A DNA stretch of 64,000 nt from positions 310,001-374,000 of the IMG/VR virus record IMGVR_UViG_3300035182_002586; one strand, 5' to 3'. The notes below the pieces were generated by a model. The model was not told the origin of the DNA and made no database searches. It saw only the letters and a program-made list of their open reading frames with translations. Positions 55,374 through 63,730 of this stretch are shown here, piece after piece. Position 1 is the first letter of the stretch. Each line of letters starts with the position of its first letter. The position numbers and the translations under genes are program-made.

Positions 55374-56000
55374 TCAAGACGGCCCCTTCTCGCGGATCTT
55401 CCGGAGAGCAGCGGAAGCTGCCCCAACCCCACCAGCCTGCCCCTCGTCCTTCTGGACGTTCACGTAGTCCTTCACGTCGGTGGGCTTGATGGTGGACGGG
55501 ATGAAGAGGGGGGCGTCTCCCGAGGGGGCATCCGAGGCCGGCTTTTCGGCACGCGCAGCCGAGGAGGCTCCTCCACTGCCGGCGGAAACCCCGCGGATGA
55601 GCGCCGCCATCTCGTTGAAGCGTTCCTGCTGCACGATCAGCACGGCCGCAAATGCCTGGTCACGGTGCGACATCTCTTCGCGAAGCAGACGGTTCTGCTC
55701 CTCCAGGGCCGAAACGAGAGCCGTGGGAGGTGCTGCCGCCGTGGGGACGGGGGGTGGGGGTGCAGCCACCGTAGGAACGGGAAGCGGAGCGGGGTGAGGC
55801 ATTCCGTGAGGTGCCGCCGAATGAATCGACCCCCCGTGGAACTGGAACAAGAGACGCTGGCTGATGAGACGCCACAGGTCCTTGGAACGGTGAGCCTTCT
55901 CTGCGGAGATGGACACCACCACACCATGTGGCACGTCAACGAAGATATCCTCGATGAGGATCGTCCCTGTCTTCGTGTTGATCACCTTCACATCGTTCAT
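55374..56000 (-). CDS. hypothetical structural-region protein
   Basis: ORF from MNDVKVIN, coupled to the upstream stop. Confidence 0.65.
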   Translation of the reverse strand: MNDVKVINTKTGTILIEDIFVDVPHGVVVSISAEKAHRSKDLWRLISQRLLFQFHGGSIHSAAPHGMPHPAPLPVPTVAAPPPPVPTAAAPPTALVSALEEQNRLLREEMSHRDQAFAAVLIVQQERFNEMAALIRGVSAGSGGASSAARAEKPASDAPSGDAPLFIPSTIKPTDVKDYVNVQKDEGQAGGVGAASAALRKIREKGPS

Positions 56001-56512
56001 CACTTGGACCTGAATGCGGCTGCGACCTGGCGTTGAAGGTCTCGTTTGATGGCCTTCTTGATGTGCTCGCGAGCTTCCTTGCGAGCCTTCTCGATGATGG
56101 TCGTCGGCTCGTGACCCGGGTGGATCCACTTACCGTTCTTCATCGACCGCGGCGTAGCCGAGCGGAAAATCAGCTCTCCCTCTTCCGTGATGATCGGGAT
56201 GGGAGCCCGAGCCTTTACGAGCCACCGCATCTGCCCACCCTCGCGACCCATGAGAAGGGGTCGGAACGCCGGGTGGTTTGCCGTGATCTGAATGCTCGAT
56301 GCTTTCGCGACGACCTTCAACGCCCGACTGAGCGCGGCCCGCGCGCGCGTCGAGAAGGTCGTCTGCATCATGATGTTGTTCTTGACCCTCTTCATCACGT
56401 CAGCCCGGAGCTTGCGGAGAACCGCTTCCGGGTCGATCTTCCTCAGGGCTGCCGCTGAGGTGACGAGGGGCTTGAGGTTGATCTGCCCAACGGTGACGAA
56501 CGGGTGCGCCAC
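56000..56512 (-). CDS. basic virion morphogenesis (neck/tail-completion-like) protein
   Basis: Very basic; KWIHPGHEP motif; follows the putative head-closure gene. Confidence 0.5.
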   Translation of the reverse strand: MAHPFVTVGQINLKPLVTSAAALRKIDPEAVLRKLRADVMKRVKNNIMMQTTFSTRARAALSRALKVVAKASSIQITANHPAFRPLLMGREGGQMRWLVKARAPIPIITEEGELIFRSATPRSMKNGKWIHPGHEPTTIIEKARKEAREHIKKAIKRDLQRQVAAAFRSK

Positions 56513-56515
56513 GGG

Positions 56516-57871
56516 CTAGTACTCCAGGTTCTCCCAAGCGATCGTGCGGCCGCGAAGCTGCTGCTCACTCGGGATGTTGGGCTTGTTGGTGACACCAGAG
56601 GACGCCTCGTTCTCTGGGCCGTCCGGTGCGAACTGCACCGCGGGCGCGTGTAGAGGAGATCCCACCGGCACCTTGTATCGGATGTCCTTCTCGTCGAGGT
56701 GCCCGACCGTGAAGTGCTGCTGGATGATGTTCCCGCGGTTGTTCGGGAAGCGCACCCCGCCCACCGAGTAGCGCTCGCCGTTCACCTTCACGATGAAGTC
56801 GCGATGCGCGAGGATGGGGGTGGGCCCGGTCCAGGTCTCGTAGGAGTGCTCGACCGTTCGACCCAGTTCCGTCTGCGAGATCTTCCGTTCGGCGTCGTCG
56901 GGGGCAACGATGAGGTCGTACGGTCCCTCATACCCCCCAAGAATGCCCGTGCCGTAGCAGTTCAGGCAGTCGTTCTGCGGCTGCTTGTGCTGCTCGCTAG
57001 GGTCACAGGGGCACGGTACCCCAACGTTCTTGCGAAGGAACGCCTTCACACGCTCGCCGCCCTGCTCCAAGATCCACCGGTTGCGACGAACCGCTTCGCG
57101 CCAGATGTAGTCGAGCTTCTCAACTTCGTAGGACGAGGCAGCGGCCGCACTCTCCAGAGGGGTCTCCACGAGGTCCTGAGGTTGAACCGTGGCGAGGTCG
57201 AGGTTGATCGGGATGCCGACCGTGGCCACCCGCCAGAACACCCTCTGCGCCAGGTCCGTCTTGAGGAGGGTCCGGGTGTAGCGGTAGTAGCAGACCACCC
57301 GGCTGTTCGGACCCGGAATCACCGCCGGGGTGAGGCTCTGCGTCCCGACCTCCGGGAACATGCGAGGGTCAATTTCGACCTCCCCCGCCTTCCCGAAGAC
57401 ACGGAGCACCCGCGCCTCCACACCGTCCACGAAGACACGAACGTCGAGCGGGTAATCCGCAGGGATCTGCTGCGACCCCTCCTTGACGATCGGCGAGTGG
57501 AGGGTCCGGAAGACGTACCTCGGCGCATCCTGCCCGGAAGCCGTCGCCAGACCCTTGAGGATGAACTGGTCGGAGACGTCCTCCTCCAAGAGCACGTTGT
57601 CCGTCTGGTCACGCCAGAACGTCGCCCCCACAGGTAGGTCGGTCACCCGCTCGAACGGGCCGAACTCCGAGTCGAACGACCGGTACACGTTGACCCCGAG
57701 AATCCGGAACCGCCCGTTCACGGGGAGTTGGGCAGGGTCATCCCACTGGAGATCGAACACACCCGCGTGATACCCGCTCGACGAGAACAGGTTCAGCGGG
57801 GCCGCCGGCCAAGGCGCGCGTTCGATCTCCAGGGGCCCGGGGGTCCGGTCTCGTTGCGTCGAGTAGGGCAT
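56516..57871 (-). CDS. putative head-closure/neck protein
   Basis: FN3-like N-terminus (PLNL...LQWDDP...NVYRS); PCPC...CLNCYGTGILGGY...DFIVKVNGERY. Confidence 0.55.
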   Translation of the reverse strand: MPYSTQRDRTPGPLEIERAPWPAAPLNLFSSSGYHAGVFDLQWDDPAQLPVNGRFRILGVNVYRSFDSEFGPFERVTDLPVGATFWRDQTDNVLLEEDVSDQFILKGLATASGQDAPRYVFRTLHSPIVKEGSQQIPADYPLDVRVFVDGVEARVLRVFGKAGEVEIDPRMFPEVGTQSLTPAVIPGPNSRVVCYYRYTRTLLKTDLAQRVFWRVATVGIPINLDLATVQPQDLVETPLESAAAASSYEVEKLDYIWREAVRRNRWILEQGGERVKAFLRKNVGVPCPCDPSEQHKQPQNDCLNCYGTGILGGYEGPYDLIVAPDDAERKISQTELGRTVEHSYETWTGPTPILAHRDFIVKVNGERYSVGGVRFPNNRGNIIQQHFTVGHLDEKDIRYKVPVGSPLHAPAVQFAPDGPENEASSGVTNKPNIPSEQQLRGRTIAWENLEY

Positions 57872-57907
57872 CGGGCCTCCTCAAACCGGCCCGGACAAGT
57901 GGAAACG

Positions 57908-58240
57908 TCAGGAAGCGGCGGCCGCCTGCGCAGCCTGACCGTTCGGGGCATCTCCCTGGGGGACGAGAACCCGGATCTTGCCCGTACCCGCGTCGATCTC
58001 GACCGGCGTGGAGGGCGCGACGCCACGGTCGCTGAGGACCTTCTCGAAGAGCCGCTGACGCTCCACGTCGATCTGACGCGCCGCGACCATGATCTTGACC
58101 TTCTCGGCCTCCACATCGAGGAGCTGTGCTCCGAGGCGCATCCGCGCCGACTCCAGATCGCCGAAGCGCTGGAGGATGGCCGGGTCGATGGGGTCTTCGA
58201 CGGACAGGCGCTTGGTGTTCGGATCCACTTCGGTGCTCAT
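57908..58240 (-). CDS. small coiled-coil hypothetical protein
   Basis: MSTEVDP..., heptad-like helix. Confidence 0.6.
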   Translation of the reverse strand: MSTEVDPNTKRLSVEDPIDPAILQRFGDLESARMRLGAQLLDVEAEKVKIMVAARQIDVERQRLFEKVLSDRGVAPSTPVEIDAGTGKIRVLVPQGDAPNGQAAQAAAAS

Positions 58241-58322
58241 TTCGATCTCCATCTGGATGGATCGGTGCGGGGGCCGATCGGTAGTCCGCAGTAGGGTGTT
58301 TCTACAAGGAGAACCTCGACCG

Positions 58323-58616
58323 ATGGACCTTATGACCATGCCCAAAGGGGCACCTTCTCTGCACGCACTGAACAACGCAACCTCCGGAAATCTATTGGAT
58401 TTCGCGGGGTATTGCCGACAGCACGGCTTCACGGCGTCGGTCGTCGTTCAGACGGAAGGTCTGCATGACGACGAGGCGGTCCTGCACCTGCACGCAGCCA
58501 ACGCCTTCGGGCGGACCACGCACTTCGAGTCCCATCAGCTCACGGGGCGAGCGGCGAAGGCCGCCCGGGACCTCAAGAACCTGTCTCCGGATCTGACCTT
58601 CCGCTTCCGCCTGTAG
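58323..58616 (+). CDS. hypothetical protein
   Basis: AAGGAG upstream of ATG at 58323. Confidence 0.55.
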   Translation: MDLMTMPKGAPSLHALNNATSGNLLDFAGYCRQHGFTASVVVQTEGLHDDEAVLHLHAANAFGRTTHFESHQLTGRAAKAARDLKNLSPDLTFRFRL

Positions 58617-58974
58617 ACGGAGGAGGGACCTCAGCCTTCGTCTCGTACCTCTTCGCCAAAACGATCAGGACCCGCCGCCACACACGTAACGGGATCCCGT
58701 GCTGACGGATCAGCTCCCTGCGGGCTCGCTCCGACTGCGAGTTCGGGCAGGTGTGGAGGTGATGGTCGGAACGACGGCGACACAAGCGGCAGACCGGCTC
58801 TTTTGGCGGCCCGACAGCTTCCTGTGCCTCTCTCGTCAACTGGTGGCGTGCCTTGCGGATCGCCTTCGGATCCGAACGATTGACCCATGGGACGCAGGCC
58901 CGCCGATGTCGCCGCATCTGCGGGTACGTCCGGCAGGTGAACCCGCAGATGCAGGGGTGGATCCTGGTGGCCAT
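58573..58974 (-). CDS. Cys/His zinc-finger basic protein
   Basis: PCICGF...QMRRHRRAC and CRLCRRRSDHHLHTC. Confidence 0.55.
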   Translation of the reverse strand: MATRIHPCICGFTCRTYPQMRRHRRACVPWVNRSDPKAIRKARHQLTREAQEAVGPPKEPVCRLCRRRSDHHLHTCPNSQSERARRELIRQHGIPLRVWRRVLIVLAKRYETKAEVPPPSTGGSGRSDPETGS

Positions 58975-59104
58975 GGCTCGCACTTCCCAAGGGAGCTACC
59001 CCTCGTCGCAGCATGGTGATTCCCGGGTGCTTGTGCACCCGGGAACCGTCCCACCAAGCCGCAAAGTGCCCTCCATTCAAGGCGTTAGGTACACCAGCTT
59101 CACG

Positions 59105-59407
59105 CTACGCGTTCAGGAACGGCGACTCGATGCGGACAAACGGGAAGCACCGAAGCCCCCGGATCGCGTACACGATCGCGTCACGCATCGCAGGCGGAGC
59201 CTTCCGCGCCTCTTCCGGAGTCATCCCCTCCGCGAACCGGATGACCAGCAAGTGCTCGCCTGCCTCGGACATCCGCATCTCCAAGGACGACACGTGCTCC
59301 ACCTTGTGTCCGTCCACGAGCAGGTCGCCCGAGACTTGAAAGGGGAACGCTCCTGGTGCCACGTGTAGGTCCAGGTTCACAGAGATACGATGGGCGAGGG
59401 AAGACAT
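59105..59407 (-). CDS. hypothetical protein
   Basis: AGGAG upstream, 100 aa. Confidence 0.6.
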   Translation of the reverse strand: MSSLAHRISVNLDLHVAPGAFPFQVSGDLLVDGHKVEHVSSLEMRMSEAGEHLLVIRFAEGMTPEEARKAPPAMRDAIVYAIRGLRCFPFVRIESPFLNA

Positions 59408-59435
59408 GAACTCCTAGACGGTGTAGTAGACACCC

Positions 59436-59900
59436 ATGAGCCAAGGTGTGTTGGTCGTGTCTCTGGCCGATGGGAAGGTGGTGGTTTCTGCTGGGGATGA
59501 AAAGCGTACCTTTGCCCACGAGGACACGGAGAAGATCGGAGATTTCCTAGCGGAGCAAGAGCCGCACCGCATCATGTACTCTTCGTCGGTGAGCCACCCC
59601 GACGAGTACGGGTTCCCCGAGGACTTCAACCTGGACCCGTTTCTCGCGAAGGCCGAAGCACACGCCAGGATGAAGACGGCGGTGAGGTTCCCACCCCACC
59701 CTCTACAGGAGGCCACCGAAGCTCTCGAAGCGGCCACCGCCTCGGCACCCAAGGACAGACCTGTCGCGGTGCTGTTCCTCCAGGCGGGCAAAGAGGGTCA
59801 GGACGCCCTCGTCGAGTTCGCAGGCGAGTCCGAGCTGGAGATGTTCCTTGGGGGTATGCGGTACGCGAGGAACCTCGCCAAGCTCACGTCGAAGGACTAG
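59436..59900 (+). CDS. hypothetical protein
   Basis: GGTGTA 10 nt upstream, high GC3. Confidence 0.7.
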   Translation: MSQGVLVVSLADGKVVVSAGDEKRTFAHEDTEKIGDFLAEQEPHRIMYSSSVSHPDEYGFPEDFNLDPFLAKAEAHARMKTAVRFPPHPLQEATEALEAATASAPKDRPVAVLFLQAGKEGQDALVEFAGESELEMFLGGMRYARNLAKLTSKD

Positions 59901-61369
59901 GGCTTGTGTAGTTTCGACAGGAACTCTGCGACGCGCCCCTGTACTTCTTGGGGGTCTGCCTTGAGGTCGGACTCCCACACGACCAAGCAAGACACCCCGA
60001 TGTCTGCGTAGGCTCCGATCAGCTCTTGTTCGTGATCGAAGTTCGCTTTGCCCGTGAACATTCGGGAGTGCCAAAAGTCCCCAAACAACTCGACCGCTTT
60101 CGTAATACCCATTTTCGGGCGTGCGAGGTCCGGGCCGGGAAGAAGAAAATCGGGGTTCTTGTGTTGCCCCAGCTTAGGCAACCACCGCCAGAATGTACCG
60201 TTCCCCGTGTAGAGAAGCTGTGGGACGAGTGCATGAAGCATCCGTTCGGACAGGTTCGGCCCCGATCGTACATTCGCACAGAGGGCTTTGAAAGCCACAC
60301 CGGGGTCCATCATGGCATTGGGGACACCGTAGGTGTCCATACACGTAGCTTTGTACGACTCGACTGCCTTCACGTAGACTTCTGGGCTCTTCATGGGGTT
60401 ATCGAACCCATACCGTTCCAAGCATACGGTGCGTCGTTTCTCCAGCACCTCTGCAAGTTGCAGAGGGTGTGTCACGCCGTACTTGCGCAAGAAAGTCTCA
60501 ACGGCCCTATCCCAAAACCCGTCGATCTTTGCAGGATGATCGACCCCATACCTTTCTATGAGTGCCTCTCGGATCTTCGCTCGACCTTCATCCGAGGCTA
60601 GAAAGTGGCTGCCGTACCGTCCTTCCATGGTGTCGTACTGTTGCTGACGCACACCAGGATGTTGTGCGGTCCAGTCTACACCCCAGCGCTTCTGGTTCGT
60701 CTGGCGTGTACGCCCCACAACCTCTGCCGAGGCACCAGGAGATGGCCCCCCGTACCGTTTAGTGTTGGTCGCAATGATACGCGCCCGCACCTCAGGAGAA
60801 GCTAACACCTCCCCCACGCCATACCTATCCAAGTTCGTAGCGCGTGTCTGTGCCCGAACGACAGGTGACTGCTGAGGGTTCTCCGCTCCACGACGTGCGA
60901 GATGTGTAGCTCGGATCTTAGCTTTTACGTCAGCACGAGAGAAAGGATTGTCCTCCCCCGTAAGCGACCGGTGGTTCGCTTTCGACGCTGCTTGTACTTG
61001 AGCGAAAAGTGCGGACTCACGTGCGAAGTTGTTTTCCGCTCCGTACCTCTCTCTTAGCGTGGCTTTACGTCTTTCTTCAGCAGACGTAATGCTTCGGGGG
61101 TTTACCACACCTTCGCCATGATTTCGTTGGAGGGTCTCCGCAAGACGCTCCATCTGCACCTCCCCCCGATCGCGCTCCGCCCAACGTGTACACGATGTTC
61201 GATGGCGCTTCATCTGCGTAGCAGACATCGCCTCAAACCCACACAGACAGGGCCTTGGTCTGCGATCACCCAGTGCCTCTCGCCAGCCCTCACACACAGA
61301 CTTGTGGCGAGAGTTGATCACGTCAGAGGTAGCGAAGTGCTTTTGGCAGTGGGGGCAAGTGACGGGCAC
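59897..61369 (-). mobile_element. free-standing endonuclease with zinc fingers, repeated T-x3-RYG units and C-terminal Vsr/DUF559-like domain
   Basis: Repeats ATLRERYGAEN, ATNLDRYGVGE, TFLRKYGVTHP, VCLERYGFDNP; KNPDF...AVELFGDFWH...VVWESD; low GC3. Confidence 0.8.
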
Positions 61370-61396
61370 ACAGGTGTTGTACCGTAGGGCCCTACG

Positions 61397-62341
61397 TTAG
61401 GCAAGGTGTGGGGACAGCATATCGAGAATAACCTTACAAAACAGGAACAAGGGGATGACGAATCCTACGAACTTTCTAGGTGTGAGTACACCTGCACCTA
61501 CATAGGGTCCAAAACTCGACCTGATTCCCGTTCCGAACTTCGGCTGCTGAAGACCACGGACGAAGTTGACGGTGGCTTTCGCGCGATCAAGCTGCTTGTC
61601 GAATTGGTCAGCCGCCGCGTTCATCGCCGCTTCGTACTTGCTTGCCTTGTCGATGCCGAGCGAAACGCCGCCGATGGAGTAGTCGAACTCGTCCGCCACC
61701 CAGTTGATGCGGAGCGCCTGTAGGGCGTGAATCTGCGCGGCCGTGAGCAGGAGCGTGGTCCACTCGCGTCGCTCACGCACCATCACATCGACGCTCGGGA
61801 AGGGCGTGCGCGGCGGTGCCGAGACGATCATATCCAGACCGCGCTGGATGTACTCGTTCAGCTCTTCCTCTTCCCAGATGAAGCCGAAGACCCGGTTGAA
61901 CTGCCGGATGGTCGTCTCGTGGGTCGGGGGGCGGAAGTGGTAATTGCGGTCAGGGGAGTTCGAGACGAGCATCCCGGATCGGTGGAGAACGAAGTTGTGC
62001 CAGTCCTCCGCTGTCAGATCATACATGTACTGTCTGGAGGGCAGACGTTCCACAGAGAGAACCTGTACAGAGGCACTGTGACTCGCAACCTTGGTGTCTG
62101 TGCTCAGTCTCTCCGTCTCTACCTTGGTGCGCGGGGTCAGAAACACCCGGTGACCACCAGTCAGGACAGACGAACCCTTGGAGGTCGTCACCTTGAGGAT
62201 CGATTCCGGACCCACCTCAGCTCGATGAACGTGTAGGACGCGCTTCCACTCCGACTGACCCTCGGGGGAGACAGACTGCACACGCAACGACCCTTGTTCA
62301 AAGGCCGCTCGGATCTTCTCGCGTTGCAAGGGGCTCAGCAT
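61397..62341 (-). CDS. IntC (128 aa) fused to the C-extein of a putative neck/head-tail adaptor protein
   Basis: GGAGAAGGA-N6-ATG; VLTGGHRVF (block B), MYDLTAEDWHNFVL (block F), LVSN|S (block G); extein DEFDYSIGGVSL. Confidence 0.85.
   Translation of the reverse strand: MLSPLQREKIRAAFEQGSLRVQSVSPEGQSEWKRVLHVHRAEVGPESILKVTTSKGSSVLTGGHRVFLTPRTKVETERLSTDTKVASHSASVQVLSVERLPSRQYMYDLTAEDWHNFVLHRSGMLVSNSPDRNYHFRPPTHETTIRQFNRVFGFIWEEEELNEYIQRGLDMIVSAPPRTPFPSVDVMVRERREWTTLLLTAAQIHALQALRINWVADEFDYSIGGVSLGIDKASKYEAAMNAAADQFDKQLDRAKATVNFVRGLQQPKFGTGIRSSFGPYVGAGVLTPRKFVGFVIPLFLFCKVILDMLSPHLA
61958..62341 (-). mobile_element. split intein, C-terminal fragment
   Basis: Blocks B, F, G; terminal Asn at 61958-61960 followed by Ser+1. 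Confidence 0.85.
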
Positions 62342-63263
62342 CGAAGTCCTTCTCCGTCCAGATGAGGAAGTCCCACCCCATGCGCGCTGCATAGGAAGAA
62401 GCTGCTTCGAGCCTGCGCGTCACACGGTGGTCCGGGGGGAGGCTCAGGGTCCAGCTCGCCTTCACTTCGACCAGAACGATGGACCCGTCATGGTGGGTCA
62501 CAAAGAAGTCGGGAAGGATCCAACGACCATCTGGCAGCTCTACCCGTGGCTCAAACAAGTACTCTTTCACAGACGGGTCACGATCCAGAAGGCGCACCAC
62601 AACCCGCTCATAGCTGCTGCGCGTCCAAATGAGTGCCCGTGTGCACTTCTTGGGGGACACCCACTCGCCGCGACCCCGCTGCCACTTTTCGGGGTTGTCC
62701 AACATACGTTGTGTCTGCGCCGCAGACCGGAGCGCCCGCACATCCTCTCGGTGATGATACGCCAGAAGACGGCCACGCTCCTCAGGACGTTGCCACCTGC
62801 GAAGCGCGGATTCACGGCGGCGATGCTTTACATCGGGCCTCTGTGCGACAAGGCGTAGCGTTTCCCGCTCCTCAACAGACCGAATACGACCACGGTGAAA
62901 GTCGAACGAGCCGGCCTCCCACGCTTTCTGCATCCGCAATGAGAGCCACGGCTTCTCTCGGCCCTTACCTGCACGGCCAACGACAGCAGCGTTTGCGGCC
63001 CGGTTAGCTCTGGAGGCGTCGTTCCACGCTGCCTTGGTCAGTCGTTGTATGGCAGCGAGTGACAAGCCGGTCAGAGACATCATCCGCTTCCAGGGGGTCC
63101 CTGCGGCATGTAACTCTGTGACCAAAGCACTGCGTTTCTGGGCAACCCCCAAAGGAGGGCGACCGGGCTTTCGAAACACCTCCCAAGAAATACCGTGCTT
63201 CGCAAGCAACGGTACCAGTTCAGGGGGCGGGAGTAGTTCCGTGGATCGCCTCGTAGAGATCAC
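62298..63263 (-). mobile_element. TnsA-N-like PD-(D/E)XK endonuclease between the two intein halves
   Basis: RSSYE...DRDPSVKEYLFEP...PDFFV...LVEVK...GWDFLIWTEKD; basic N-terminal region; start uncertain. Confidence 0.82.
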
Positions 63264-63726
63264 GGATAGTAACTACCATTTTCTCGCCCCCCACGTCAAG
63301 TTCGACCTCTTCCTCCCCACCTACACAGTTGTCGCGGAGCAGGATGCGCAGGCGGCGCATCAGGTCGCTCTCGATCTGCGTGAACGTCGAGGTGCCCATG
63401 AGCGAGGCGGTCACCTTGTCGACGACCTCGAACTCCTGGAGCACCTGCTGGATCGCTGCCCCGACCGACTGCCTGAACGTCCATCGGATGCGGTAGCTGC
63501 CGATGTTGGCGTCGAGAGGGATGATGATCGACGAGTAGTACTCGCCGACCGACGGGTTCACCGGCGTCCGCTTCGCGGGACCGAGGAGGACCTCCATCCC
63601 CGTCGTGTAGTCGTAGAGGGCGTAGGAGATCTCCGCGGCGTTCACCGGCACGTCAGACGACGAGACGAGGAAGATGTTGAGGTCCTCCCGCCCGAGCTGC
63701 TGACCCTTGTAGAACGCCGTGGACAT
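63220..63726 (-). CDS. N-extein of a putative neck protein fused to IntN (35 aa)
   Basis: ...RRLRILLRDN|CVGGEEEVELDVGGEKMVVTIRDLYEAIHGTTPAP*. Confidence 0.85.
   Translation of the reverse strand: MSTAFYKGQQLGREDLNIFLVSSSDVPVNAAEISYALYDYTTGMEVLLGPAKRTPVNPSVGEYYSSIIIPLDANIGSYRIRWTFRQSVGAAIQQVLQEFEVVDKVTASLMGTSTFTQIESDLMRRLRILLRDNCVGGEEEVELDVGGEKMVVTIRDLYEAIHGTTPAP
63223..63327 (-). mobile_element. split intein, short N-terminal fragment (block A only)
   Basis: Cys1 at 63325-63327; C-x5-V...G...I.dLye is block A-like; codon usage shifts at Cys1. Confidence 0.8.
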
Positions 63727-63730
63727 CGAT

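Noticed and set aside
58996-59076. 26-codon leader ORF with an 11-bp hairpin (59020-59045) after GGTGTA
   Set aside because: Too short to support; the hairpin lacks a U-tract, so attenuation cannot be argued.
62298-63263. Tn7-like transposon or T4 gp4-type head-completion nuclease
   Set aside because: No tnsB/tnsC or transposon ends; low GC3 and its position inside an intein fit a mobile endonuclease better, though the fold is shared.
61397-63726. One contiguous endonuclease-containing intein broken by two sequencing frameshifts
   Set aside because: The nuclease lies between blocks A and B rather than B and F, all three ORFs are clean with long overlaps, and IntC has its own SD-ATG. Reads are still needed to exclude error.
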